Source of the DNA: a virus
Lineage: Duplodnaviria; Heunggongvirae; Uroviricota; Caudoviricetes
Length of the DNA: 64,000 nucleotides
Reading direction: 5' to 3' (one strand)
IMG/VR virus record: IMGVR_UViG_3300042402_002792
Under the pieces are notes generated by a model, which ran no database searches, was not told where the DNA came from, and was given only the letters and a program-made list of their open reading frames with translations. Shown here one piece after another: positions 10,300-19,088 of this stretch. The position numbers and the translations under genes are program-made. The stretch's first letter is position 1; each line of letters opens with the position of its first letter.

Positions 10300-10791
10300 A
10301 TGAACATTGATCATCTAGGCAATCCCATATTCAACGAAAAAGATTTATTTGATGCTTTATATCAAGGGCATCAAATACCTTTTTTTACACTAACAGAACC
10401 TTCCAAAGAAGTTGAGCAATTAAAAAAGTATATAGATTTACAGGCTAATGTTTTTGAAGTAATTTCTAAAGAAGAGTTTGATAACAAAAATCAATGCAAC
10501 TGGTTTATGCCAGAAGAGTATAAACAATTAGATATTGAAGGATTTTTAGTGCATGTTTGCCCTAAAGAAAGTTATCAACGATTAATTGATGAATTATGCG
10601 AATTTCGAGAACGCAACATGCTAGATTTACTACGTTGGTTAAAGTATTTTGTAGATACTTGTAGGAAAAATGATATATTATGGGGTGTCGGACGAGGATC
10701 AAGCGTTTCAAGTTATGTATTATATCTTATTGGTGTACATAAAATTGACCCTATTAAGTATAATCTAGACTGGCGTGAATTTTTAAGATAA
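10300..10791 (+). CDS. Stand-alone fragment homologous to DNA polymerase III alpha (DnaE) palm N-part
   Basis: GVGRGSSVSSYVLYLIGVHKIDPIKYNLDWREFL matches DnaE [31 protein letters not shown]. The ORF ends before the DxD catalytic motif. Confidence 0.75.
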   Translation: MNIDHLGNPIFNEKDLFDALYQGHQIPFFTLTEPSKEVEQLKKYIDLQANVFEVISKEEFDNKNQCNWFMPEEYKQLDIEGFLVHVCPKESYQRLIDELCEFRERNMLDLLRWLKYFVDTCRKNDILWGVGRGSSVSSYVLYLIGVHKIDPIKYNLDWREFLR

Positions 10792-10819
10792 GTACATATA
10801 TAACACAAAGGAGATTGCT

Positions 10820-11038
10820 ATGGCAATGAAACCAGCACCAGCTAAAACTTACAGAACTATGCAAGGCAAAGAAATTGATCTTGACAAGTTACGTATTAGA
10901 AATGAAACTGTACTAGCAGTAGGTAACGCTAGATTAAATGCGCGAGGCGATGAATTGGGACCAGGCGGTCGAGTTGTTCGCAAGCGTGAAGATTCTAGTA
11001 CCGAATATCATACTGACAGTGCAGAATTACGCAAATAA
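10820..11038 (+). CDS. Hypothetical basic protein
   Basis: AGGAG SD; GATAAGTA late motif at 10787-10794. Confidence 0.7.
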   Translation: MAMKPAPAKTYRTMQGKEIDLDKLRIRNETVLAVGNARLNARGDELGPGGRVVRKREDSSTEYHTDSAELRK

Positions 11039-11046
11039 GAGGATTT

Positions 11047-11439
11047 ATGTCACAAATGTCACAGATGATGCCAGTACACACTGGCATTAACATTAATGCT
11101 TGGAAAATTTCTTCACTTACCCCGATTAGAGACGGTGTAATTGTAGTTGATATGAATTTTGGTGAACAAAGAAGTAGGGGCGGCCTTGTTCTACTAAGTG
11201 ATGACGGAAAGACTCACGGAATACATCCTAGATGGGCCAAAGTCTATGCAGTAGGGCCTGAACAAAAAGATGTCAAAGTTGGACAATGGATTTTAATGGA
11301 ACACGGTCGTTGGACTCGTGGAATTAAAATAGAAGACGAAGAAGGCGAAAAAATTATTCGTAAAGTTGATATTAACTGTATGCTAATGGTATCAGACGAG
11401 GTACCAGAGAATGATGCAATGTTTGGACAGCCACTATGA
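11047..11439 (+). CDS. groES: GroES-like co-chaperonin
   Basis: PIRDGVIV...SRGGLVL...AKVYAVGP...VKVGQWIL pattern of Cpn10. Confidence 0.75.
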   Translation: MSQMSQMMPVHTGININAWKISSLTPIRDGVIVVDMNFGEQRSRGGLVLLSDDGKTHGIHPRWAKVYAVGPEQKDVKVGQWILMEHGRWTRGIKIEDEEGEKIIRKVDINCMLMVSDEVPENDAMFGQPL

Positions 11440-11846
11440 CAAATCCGTTTAGAGACCAATCAAAATTTATGCGGGCCTGCGATCAAACAGTAGGCGAACT
11501 TAATAAGGATCAATATAAATTATATTTAGACCTTATGGAAGAAGAATGGAAAGAGCTCAAAGCGGCACTGTTAATGGAAGACCGTGTAGAGCAATTAGAT
11601 GCACTACTCGACTTTGTTGTTGTTACTATTGGAGCAATCCATAGTGGCGGATTTGACGGTGAAGGTGGCTGGAAGGAAGTTATGGCAACTAATTTAGCAA
11701 AAATTGACCGAGAAACTGGTAAGGTTCGCAAACGTGAAGATGGTAAAGTACTCAAGCCAGTAGGCTGGGTTGCTCCTAATCTAGCACCATTTGCTGAACT
11801 AGGCAATGGATATATTCCGCCACCACCGGAAGAAGACGCATTTTAA
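11436..11846 (+). CDS. MazG-like/PRA-PH-family (d)NTP pyrophosphohydrolase
   Basis: EEEWKEL...DALLDFVVVTIG...VMATNLAK...REDGKVLKP motifs of DR2231-type all-alpha NTP-PPases. Confidence 0.8.
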   Translation: MTNPFRDQSKFMRACDQTVGELNKDQYKLYLDLMEEEWKELKAALLMEDRVEQLDALLDFVVVTIGAIHSGGFDGEGGWKEVMATNLAKIDRETGKVRKREDGKVLKPVGWVAPNLAPFAELGNGYIPPPPEEDAF

Positions 11847-11851
11847 ATACC

Positions 11852-11876
11852 AAAGGGCTTGACAAAGCCCTTTTTT
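11852..11876 (+). terminator. Rho-independent terminator overlapping a -35 box
   Basis: AAAGGGCTT-gaca-AAGCCCTTT stem followed by T-run. Confidence 0.8.
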
Positions 11877-11888
11877 AACCTGTATAAT
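11859..11888 (+). promoter_or_regulatory. Sigma70-type promoter TTGACA-18-TATAAT
   Basis: Consensus hexamers; the ATG at 11895 lies 7 nt after the -10 box. Confidence 0.8.
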
Positions 11889-11894
11889 ATACAG

Positions 11895-12308
11895 ATGAAA
11901 GTCGGATTCACCTGTTCAACCTTTGATCTATTACATGCTGGACATGTTAGCATGTTACGAGAAGCCAAAGAGCAATGCGATTACCTAATATGCGGATTGC
12001 AATTTGATCCCAGTATCGACCGTGCTAATAAAAATAGTCCCATTCAAACAGTAGTAGAACGTTATACACAACTTAATGCCGTCAAATATGTTGACGAAAT
12101 TATTCCGTATAGCACCGAAAAAGATCTTGAAGATATATTAGAAATGTATCATATAGATATTAGGATACTAGGCGAAGAATATAGAGATAAAGATTTTACA
12201 GGCAAAGACATTTGCCGCAAACGAGGAATTCAATTTTATTTTAATAAACGAGATCATAGATTTTCTAGCAGTGATCTACGTAAACGTATAGCAGGAAAAG
12301 AACAATGA
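11895..12308 (+). CDS. Cytidylyltransferase (TagD/glycerol-3-phosphate cytidylyltransferase-like)
   Basis: TFDLLHAGH (HxGH) and RDHRFSSSDLR motifs. Start reassigned from the TTG at 11859, which is the -35 box. Confidence 0.85.
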   Translation: MKVGFTCSTFDLLHAGHVSMLREAKEQCDYLICGLQFDPSIDRANKNSPIQTVVERYTQLNAVKYVDEIIPYSTEKDLEDILEMYHIDIRILGEEYRDKDFTGKDICRKRGIQFYFNKRDHRFSSSDLRKRIAGKEQ

Positions 12309-12448
12309 ACTGTAATATTTGTCGAAAAGAATATAGCCCCTTATGTGACTTCCAACAAGGACGATGCCCAAATCATCCGCCTTACATTAATTCTCATTCA
12401 ATGAGATTTTTAAATCTGTGGAACGCTATCAAAGGATTGTTTAAATGA
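12305..12448 (+). CDS. Small Cys-rich protein (47 aa, not in ORF track)
   Basis: MNCNICRKEYSPLCDFQQGRCPNH...; overlaps both neighbours by ATGA. Confidence 0.6.
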   Translation: MNCNICRKEYSPLCDFQQGRCPNHPPYINSHSMRFLNLWNAIKGLFK

Positions 12449-12669
12449 ACCAACGAATTAAAGAACTAGCAGTAGAAAGCCAGCCGCCATATGGTAATTT
12501 TGATCACGCAAAATTTGCAGAGCTAATTATTAAAGACATTTTTAGTGTTATGAATGATCGAAAAACCTACAACAGATGTACATACACTACATACGACTTA
12601 GATAAGGCACAATGTGTAGTGCAAGAAGTTATTAAATGCGTTAACGAACACTTTGGAACTAAATTATGA
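12445..12669 (+). CDS. Hypothetical protein
   Basis: Coupled ORF; FDHAKFAELIIKD motif common in phage small proteins. Confidence 0.6.
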   Translation: MNQRIKELAVESQPPYGNFDHAKFAELIIKDIFSVMNDRKTYNRCTYTTYDLDKAQCVVQEVIKCVNEHFGTKL

Positions 12670-13580
12670 AAGAACTATGGGTAGAAAAATACCGTCCTAA
12701 CAAACTTAATGGATATGTGTTTAGAGACGATCATCAAAAAGAACAAGTAAGCACCTGGGTCAAACAAGGAAGTATCCCTCATTTACTGTTTAGCGGAAAT
12801 GCAGGTATAGGTAAAACTACACTGGCTAAAATCTTGTTTAACGAGTTAGATATCAATGATTTAGATATATTAGAAATTAACGCATCTCGTACTAACTCTG
12901 TTGAAGATGTACGAGACAAGATTGTAAACTTTGTACAGATGATTCCATTTGGAGACTTTAAGGTAGTATTACTAGATGAAGCAGATTACTTATCACCTAA
13001 CGCACAGGCTGCACTTCGTGGAGTCATGGAGGAATACCATACGACCGCTCGTTTTATTCTTACTTGTAACTATCCTAATAGGATTATCCCTGCTATCCAC
13101 AGTCGTTGTCAAGGATTCCATATCGAACGAGTTGACATTGACGAATTTACTGCTCGTGTTGCTACTATTCTCGTTGAAGAGAACATAGAGTTTAATTTAG
13201 ATGTATTAGATACTTTTGTTAAAGCAACTTATCCAGATTTGCGTAAATGTATCAATATGGTGCAAATGAACAGTCTTAAAGGATCATTGCACATGCCAGA
13301 AAAAGGAGACGCAGGTGAAGCAGACTACAAACTTGAAATGGTTGAGTTATTCAAGAAAGGCAAAATCTCAGAAGCACGTAAACTCGTGTGCGGCCAGGCT
13401 CGCCCAGAGGAGATGGAAGAAATTTTTAGATGGCTCTACGATAACGTTGCCATTTTTGGAGACGAACCGATCCAAGAAAAAGCTATTCTTATTATCAAGC
13501 AAGGTCTTGTTGATCACACACTGGTCAATGATCCAGAAATTAACCTCGCGGCGACCTTAATTAGATTAAGCCATCTATGA
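12666..13580 (+). CDS. Clamp loader small subunit (RFC/T4 gp44-like AAA+)
   Basis: WVEKYRP, PHLLFSGNAGIGKTT, LDEAD and SRC motifs. Confidence 0.92.
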   Translation: MKELWVEKYRPNKLNGYVFRDDHQKEQVSTWVKQGSIPHLLFSGNAGIGKTTLAKILFNELDINDLDILEINASRTNSVEDVRDKIVNFVQMIPFGDFKVVLLDEADYLSPNAQAALRGVMEEYHTTARFILTCNYPNRIIPAIHSRCQGFHIERVDIDEFTARVATILVEENIEFNLDVLDTFVKATYPDLRKCINMVQMNSLKGSLHMPEKGDAGEADYKLEMVELFKKGKISEARKLVCGQARPEEMEEIFRWLYDNVAIFGDEPIQEKAILIIKQGLVDHTLVNDPEINLAATLIRLSHL

Positions 13581-14086
13581 AACAAAAATATATAGATCTT
13601 TACATGGACTGGGCTAAACGCTGTGCCGAACTTAGTCATGCACGTAGACTTCATGTCGGTGCTGTTATTGTTAAAGACGATACTGTTATCAGCTATGGAT
13701 ACAACGGCATGCCTGCAGGTTGGGATAACAACTGTGAAGACATTGTGTACGACACTGGAGCCGGTGGGTGGATTAGTCCGGAAGAATTTCAAGCAATGTA
13801 TCCTTATACAGAATACGACGAAGATGCTGATGAAGAATATCGTTACGGATTAAAAACTAAACCTGAGGTACTCCATGCTGAATCAAACGCTATTGCAAAA
13901 CTGGCGAAGTCTAACAACTCTGGTCTTGGGGCTGACTTATTTGTTACTCACAGTCCTTGTCTCGACTGTGCCAAGCTCATTTATCAGTCTGGTATTCGTC
14001 GTGTTTATTTTAATGAAAACTATCGTAATGATGCAGGTATAAATTTTTTGCAAAAAAGCGGAGTAGAAGTTATCAATGCAAGCTGA
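13577..14086 (+). CDS. dCMP deaminase
   Basis: VGAVIVK...GYNG, HAESNAI and PCLDC zinc motifs; acidic insertion before HAE. Confidence 0.9.
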   Translation: MKQKYIDLYMDWAKRCAELSHARRLHVGAVIVKDDTVISYGYNGMPAGWDNNCEDIVYDTGAGGWISPEEFQAMYPYTEYDEDADEEYRYGLKTKPEVLHAESNAIAKLAKSNNSGLGADLFVTHSPCLDCAKLIYQSGIRRVYFNENYRNDAGINFLQKSGVEVINAS

Positions 14087-14684
14087 AATTACTGCTCTGT
14101 TTAGTGTGCCAGTATACCAGGCACTAATAGAATCTAGTTTTACCAAAGAACTAGAATTTCTTAAATCTATTGAACTAATTCAAGCAAAAACAAATTCTGT
14201 TTCTAAAAATGTGTCTCTATTAGACTATGCAGAACTTAATCAATGTAAACAAATTTGTCAAGATCATTTAGACATTTATATAAAAAATACATTAGACTGT
14301 AAACAACAATTTTATATTACTAATAGTTGGATAGCTAGATCAAAACCTGGTGAAAAACATCACGTACACTTTCACCCGAACAGTATTATATCAGGCGTGT
14401 TATATCTACAGGCAGCTAAAAATTGTGGGGATTTGATATTACATCATAAATCAAGTTTAAGAAATAATTTTGATTTTAGCTACGATTTGAATTCTTATAA
14501 TATTTTTAATTCACAGACATGGCGGTACAGTGTTACTACCGGAAATATCTTAATCTTCCCTAGTTGGGTAAATCATAGTGTAGAAGAAAATTTCTCCGAT
14601 CAAGATCGAATAATTTTAGGGTTCAACACTTTTGTTAGAGGTACGTTTGGAGAAGCAGAGTATTCTGCTAATTTAAAAATATAG
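14076..14684 (+). CDS. 2OG-Fe(II) oxygenase-like (TIGR02466-type) protein
   Basis: NSW...HHVHFHPNSIISGVLY...LIFPSWVNHSV...RIILGFN. Confidence 0.8.
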   Translation: MQAEITALFSVPVYQALIESSFTKELEFLKSIELIQAKTNSVSKNVSLLDYAELNQCKQICQDHLDIYIKNTLDCKQQFYITNSWIARSKPGEKHHVHFHPNSIISGVLYLQAAKNCGDLILHHKSSLRNNFDFSYDLNSYNIFNSQTWRYSVTTGNILIFPSWVNHSVEENFSDQDRIILGFNTFVRGTFGEAEYSANLKI

Positions 14685-14703
14685 GGGACCAAGTCCCCTA
14701 TAT
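14679..14703. terminator. Bidirectional hairpin terminator between convergent genes
   Basis: Perfect 11-bp inverted repeat ATATAGGGGAC-caa-GTCCCCTATAT. Confidence 0.75.
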
Positions 14704-14704
14704 A

Positions 14705-15424
14705 TCAGTCGTCGCCGTAAATATCAAGTACTTCTTTTACAGCTTCGTGTCTTTCAATATCATGGCTATCAAAATACACTGCATCGATGTGATCTAACCG
14801 GTGACCTTTGATTTTGTCAATAAAGTCAACTAAGCCGTTATCTTTTAGGCGGTCGGCTTGGTTAAGATCTCCTGTAACAACCATCTTAGAATTTTCTCCT
14901 AAGCGTGTTAACAACATCTTCATTTGATTCTGTGTTGCATTTTGCATTTCGTCCGCTATAACGTAAGCATTCTTAAACGTGCGGCCGCGCATATATGCTA
15001 GCGGGCTGATTTCAATTACTCCCTCATAGAGCATGTTTTCAATGTCTTTCTGCTGATAGTATTCTCCTAACACATCAAAAATAGGTCTTGTCCATGGCGC
15101 CATTTTTTCATTAAGCGTACCTGGCAAGAATCCCAAATCTTCATCTACGGAAACGGCAGGTCTTGTGACTATAATTCTATCAATCTTCCCTTCTTGATAG
15201 AGTTTGATTCCCATCTGCACAGCTAACAATGTTTTACCCGTTCCGGCTGGACCGATGGCAAATAAGATATTCTTATTTTCATCGTGCAGTTTAAATAGGT
15301 AAGCTTCTTGATGCTTGTTACGAGGTAACAAGTTGACACGCTGCTTTTTAGCAGGTATATGTGCATGAAAATCAATTACGTTCACATCTGAAGTAAAACG
15401 TTTTTTCACTCGGTTTTTACTCAT
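14705..15424 (-). CDS. phoH: PhoH-like ATPase
   Basis: GPAGTGKT, RPAV...LGFLPG, PLAYMRGRTF, DEMQN and VVTGD motifs. Confidence 0.93.
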   Translation of the reverse strand: MSKNRVKKRFTSDVNVIDFHAHIPAKKQRVNLLPRNKHQEAYLFKLHDENKNILFAIGPAGTGKTLLAVQMGIKLYQEGKIDRIIVTRPAVSVDEDLGFLPGTLNEKMAPWTRPIFDVLGEYYQQKDIENMLYEGVIEISPLAYMRGRTFKNAYVIADEMQNATQNQMKMLLTRLGENSKMVVTGDLNQADRLKDNGLVDFIDKIKGHRLDHIDAVYFDSHDIERHEAVKEVLDIYGDD

Positions 15425-15498
15425 TAAGGTTATCTCCCACTTTTAGTAAAGCAGGACATGTAGCGACCGCCTCGATAACTACAGAGGTCCTACATGTT

Positions 15499-15560
15499 TA
15501 TTTACATATTTGGCTTAGAATTAAACAGTTATGATTAAGTTTTTGCCAGCTAAATAAGTA
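15499..15560. promoter_or_regulatory. Divergent late promoter motifs (TAAATA on - at 15499-15504; TAAATA on + at 15551-15556)
   Basis: One motif upstream of each divergent gene. Confidence 0.5.
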
Positions 15561-15582
15561 TAAAGATATCTGGAAAACTAAA

Positions 15583-16149
15583 ATGCGCGATATACTAGAA
15601 GTAATTAAAAATGTAGAGTCTATCTACAGTTCAAATTCAGCGTTGAGTACACTTAAAGACTTTGAGCGTGTGCTCGACGAAATGAACATGTATGTTTATA
15701 AGAACTGGCAAGACGGCGAGTTAGCATCCGGCCCTAGGGTTGATAGGCACTGGGTAAGTGCTAGTTTTATGTGGCCTAGAGAAAAAATGCCAGATCCTAT
15801 GGCTGCAAAACGTCTTTTAGATTACGGTTGCAAAATCAAATATGAAAAAAGTCATTTGTTAGAACCTAGAAAAATTCAAGATCCAGATGATTTTCGTCCA
15901 GGTACACGAAAGGGCAAGCTAGATCAAACACCTATTTGGATCGTTGAAATTATGATGCCTAAAAAATTAGTTGAAGATACTTACAACGGCTATATGACTA
16001 AAATGAAAGAAAGCATGGGTATTAGGAATGAGCGTGTAGATACTGCGCCGCCACAGGCTGCAGATCAGGCTGCTATGGCTGCACCAGCTGCCGGTGCAGC
16101 ACCTGCAATGCCAGCGGCACCCGGAGGAGCACCAAATGCCGCAGCTTAA
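15583..16149 (+). CDS. Hypothetical phage protein with Ala/Pro-rich tail
   Basis: Long ORF behind a late motif. Confidence 0.75.
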   Translation: MRDILEVIKNVESIYSSNSALSTLKDFERVLDEMNMYVYKNWQDGELASGPRVDRHWVSASFMWPREKMPDPMAAKRLLDYGCKIKYEKSHLLEPRKIQDPDDFRPGTRKGKLDQTPIWIVEIMMPKKLVEDTYNGYMTKMKESMGIRNERVDTAPPQAADQAAMAAPAAGAAPAMPAAPGGAPNAAA

Positions 16150-16870
16150 TGAAGGACTTCTTGCAGGGGACCTTAAGTTTCTTGTTGATAACATCTTTGA
16201 AGTTGATAGCTATGCTTCAAAAATGGGAGAAGATAAGGACATTGTAGTCATTAGCTTTACCGTTAATAGTAAATCTCCAGCAGACGACCTAGTTGAGTTT
16301 GTTGAAAACGGTTATGACTTTGTATTAGATGCTGACATAAGCCCTGGTGAATTAAGCGACGGCAAATATAAAGTATTTGTTGAAATTGAACGTAATCAAA
16401 GGATTCCAGAACAAGTACTAGAATTACTCAATGGTGTTGGCAATCTTACAGAAATTAACGATTTTAAATTTAGGTATTATAAAAGCTTTCACAGTTTAGA
16501 AGCTACTAAAGAAAACTTAAACGGCACTATTCCTAAAAGTAAAAACGACTACGATGTAAGCATACAAGAAAATCATTTAAACAATTTTAGTAACTTCTTT
16601 AATCGCAGTTACTTAGAAGGTATTTCTGTAGACCAGGATGACATTGTGTTTCAACGTAAGTATGCAGAACCATTGCGTATGCGTATTAAAGACTTTGGTT
16701 CAAAGAAAGAAATTTACGATAGCATAGACGGTCCGATTATGTTAGAAGGTAGTTCTATGAGTGAAGTCATGTACTTTACCAAATACTTAGGCAATTATAA
16801 TATTACCAAAATTGGTAATGTTTTTATATTTGAGAACGGCAAATATGCCGTAGCGTTGGAGAAAATCTAA
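16136..16870 (+). CDS. Hypothetical phage protein
   Basis: Start reassigned to the ATG at 16136 behind a GGAGGAG SD (MPQLNEGL...). Confidence 0.75.
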   Translation: MPQLNEGLLAGDLKFLVDNIFEVDSYASKMGEDKDIVVISFTVNSKSPADDLVEFVENGYDFVLDADISPGELSDGKYKVFVEIERNQRIPEQVLELLNGVGNLTEINDFKFRYYKSFHSLEATKENLNGTIPKSKNDYDVSIQENHLNNFSNFFNRSYLEGISVDQDDIVFQRKYAEPLRMRIKDFGSKKEIYDSIDGPIMLEGSSMSEVMYFTKYLGNYNITKIGNVFIFENGKYAVALEKI

Positions 16871-17346
16871 TGTGGCAATTTCAATGGATGCTTAGCCTAG
16901 TACCTGATTGGTTTTGGACTACACTACTTGTTGCTAGTATTGTAGGATTAGCTAGTGCGGCTATATTAAAACGTGTAGTCTTTATTAGTCAATATAGATT
17001 CCCTATTCAGTTAGCAAGTATTATAGGTCTAGTTTTTAGTATCTGGTTTCTAGGTGCTGCTAGTGCCGACGCAGTATGGGAAGCTAAAGTTAAAGACTTA
17101 GAATCTAAAGTAAAACTAGCTGAAGAACAGTCTGCTACAAAAAATGTAGAAATTCAAGAAAAGATTGTTACTAAAACTAAAGTTATTAAAGAAAAAGGTA
17201 AGACGCAGATTGAATATGTTGATCGTGTTATTACACAAGACAAAGAAGTTATAAAATACATCGAACAGTGTCCTGTACCTAAAGCAATCATTGATGCACA
17301 CAATGCAGCAGCTGAAATGAATAAAGCAGCAGAGGGCAAGAAATGA
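16870..17346 (+). CDS. Putative i-spanin (Rz-like)
   Basis: N-terminal TM segments, then a coiled periplasmic region; followed by an overlapping lipoprotein gene. Confidence 0.6.
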   Translation: MWQFQWMLSLVPDWFWTTLLVASIVGLASAAILKRVVFISQYRFPIQLASIIGLVFSIWFLGAASADAVWEAKVKDLESKVKLAEEQSATKNVEIQEKIVTKTKVIKEKGKTQIEYVDRVITQDKEVIKYIEQCPVPKAIIDAHNAAAEMNKAAEGKK

Positions 17347-17609
17347 AATATCTTACTATACTTGCAACTGCTCTACTAATAGGTTGTTCAACCCCTGTGC
17401 CCGTTAAGCCTAAATTTCCAGAAGCTCCGCAGGCATTAAAAGAAAAGTGCGAGCAGTTAAGAAAAATTGAAGGTGACAAAGTAGCAATAACAGAAATGTT
17501 AAAAGTTGTAATACACAACTATACCTTATATTACGAATGTTCAACTAAAGTAGAAGGTTGGCAAGAGTGGTACGATACACAAAAGAAAATATACGAGAGC
17601 ATAAAATGA
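17343..17609 (+). CDS. Putative o-spanin (Rz1-like lipoprotein)
   Basis: Lipobox LLIG-C followed by Pro-rich PVPVKPKFPEAP. Confidence 0.65.
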   Translation: MKYLTILATALLIGCSTPVPVKPKFPEAPQALKEKCEQLRKIEGDKVAITEMLKVVIHNYTLYYECSTKVEGWQEWYDTQKKIYESIK

Positions 17610-17827
17610 AAATTACATTAATCATTGCGGCAATGTTGTTAGCAGGCTGCGCCACTAATCCAGAAGTACAAAAATCAATATCAAAAGATCAAACTATGGA
17701 TAAAATGGCTAAAGCTGCATTAATCAATGAGATGTTAGTTAGTCCTGATGCTCATGTGCGAGCTAAAGGTGCTGCTATTGCAGAAAAGTTTTTAGTAGAG
17801 CCAAAGAAAAATATATTCGGATTTTAA
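17606..17827 (+). CDS. Small lipoprotein
   Basis: Start at ATG 17606; signal peptide with lipobox LLAG-C. Confidence 0.7.
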   Translation: MKITLIIAAMLLAGCATNPEVQKSISKDQTMDKMAKAALINEMLVSPDAHVRAKGAAIAEKFLVEPKKNIFGF

Positions 17828-17838
17828 AGGAGCGATAG

Positions 17839-18402
17839 ATGAGCGTAGTTGACAGCGTATTAAAATTAATTAATAAAGACCCTAAAGATCCGGACGCACC
17901 GAAGCCTCCGGTAGGCTCACGTTCAGAGCGTGAAGCAAAATTAAAAGACAAAGCAGGTATGGTTATTTCTGTATTTGCACTATTGTTAGCAGTTAACGCA
18001 TGGTACGGTGGTAAGTTAGGTAGCACAGTATTAAACAATACATTAGGTGCTAACAACACATGGGCGCAGTATCAAGCCAAAGCAGGTCGTGGCGTTAGCT
18101 ACGAGATTGCGGCCAAGACAACTGCTGATCCAAAACTAAAAGCAGAATTCATGGCTGAAAAAGAGCGTATGGATTCTGACAAGAAAGAGATTGCTGAAAA
18201 AGCTCGTGCTATGGAAGCCGCTCGTGACGAGGCTAAGAAATCTAGTCCCTGGATTGGTTATGCAAGTACAGCTTATCAATTAGCAATCGTTGTTCTATCT
18301 GCTTCTATTCTTGCAGTTAGCATGGCCATGTTCTGGGGCAGTTTTGCCGTTGCAGGCATCGGAATACTACTAAGCCTAAACGGCTTATATCTGTTCTTTT
18401 AA
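17839..18402 (+). CDS. DUF4337-like membrane protein
   Basis: TM helix, then NNTWAQYQAK motif and two C-terminal TM helices. Confidence 0.6.
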   Translation: MSVVDSVLKLINKDPKDPDAPKPPVGSRSEREAKLKDKAGMVISVFALLLAVNAWYGGKLGSTVLNNTLGANNTWAQYQAKAGRGVSYEIAAKTTADPKLKAEFMAEKERMDSDKKEIAEKARAMEAARDEAKKSSPWIGYASTAYQLAIVVLSASILAVSMAMFWGSFAVAGIGILLSLNGLYLFF

Positions 18403-18421
18403 ATACAAGTAGGAGCGACAA

Positions 18422-19057
18422 ATGAGCGAAGCAGTTAAAAGCGCAAGCGAACAAAAGAAAGAAGATTGGATGAATAGCAAATGGCGTCCAATGATGGGCT
18501 GGATGTATATGCTGGTCTGTACTATGGACATGGTTGTATTTCCTATCCTATGGAGTCTATTGCAAACAACAACAGGCACAAACATTACACAGTGGAATCC
18601 ACTAACATTACAAGGTGCAGGTTTATTCCATATCGCAATGGGTGCAGTTTTAGGTATTGCGGCGTTTGGTCGTACACAAGAAAAACTAGGGGGAGCCAAC
18701 AATGGCGGAATACAAGCACCAGGAACAGGATTTGCGGGCGGGGCTCCAGCATTTGGCGCACCTTCGTCAGGCGGATTCGGGGCACCGAGTAGTTTTGGTT
18801 CACCAGCGGCCAACAGCTTTGGGTCACAACCCTTGGGCAGCGGAAGCAGCTTTGGAGGCGCACCTAATAGCTTTGGAGCACAACCGAGACAACCCGGAAA
18901 TTTTAATGCGCCTGCGGCAGCAATGGGTGGCGCAGCAGTAGGAGCAGCCGCAGGCTTTGCAATGGCGCAGGATCCCGCCCAACCTGCACCACCTATGATG
19001 ATACCTCCGCAACCTAGTAGGCCTCCACTGGAAGATGACCATCCAGAATTAGAGTGA
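18422..19057 (+). CDS. Holin-like protein (GTA 3TM-holin type) with Gly/Pro-rich tail
   Basis: W..KWRPMMGWMY motif and TM segments; next to spanin-like genes. Confidence 0.55.
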   Translation: MSEAVKSASEQKKEDWMNSKWRPMMGWMYMLVCTMDMVVFPILWSLLQTTTGTNITQWNPLTLQGAGLFHIAMGAVLGIAAFGRTQEKLGGANNGGIQAPGTGFAGGAPAFGAPSSGGFGAPSSFGSPAANSFGSQPLGSGSSFGGAPNSFGAQPRQPGNFNAPAAAMGGAAVGAAAGFAMAQDPAQPAPPMMIPPQPSRPPLEDDHPELE

Positions 19058-19082
19058 CATCTAAGGAGTCTTGCTATATAAT
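19054..19082 (+). promoter_or_regulatory. Sigma70-type promoter GTGACA-17-TATAAT
   Basis: The ATG at 19089 lies 7 nt after the -10 box. Confidence 0.7.
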
Positions 19083-19088
19083 AGCATT

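Noticed and set aside
10300-10791. N-half of a trans-spliced (split-intein) DnaE
   Set aside because: There is no C-terminal intein-N segment starting with Cys, and the fragment is far shorter than split DnaE-N.
13577-14086. Acidic insertion in dCMP deaminase as a mobile element
   Set aside because: It is only about 35 aa, in frame, at a position that is commonly variable in phage dCMP deaminases, with no endonuclease motifs.
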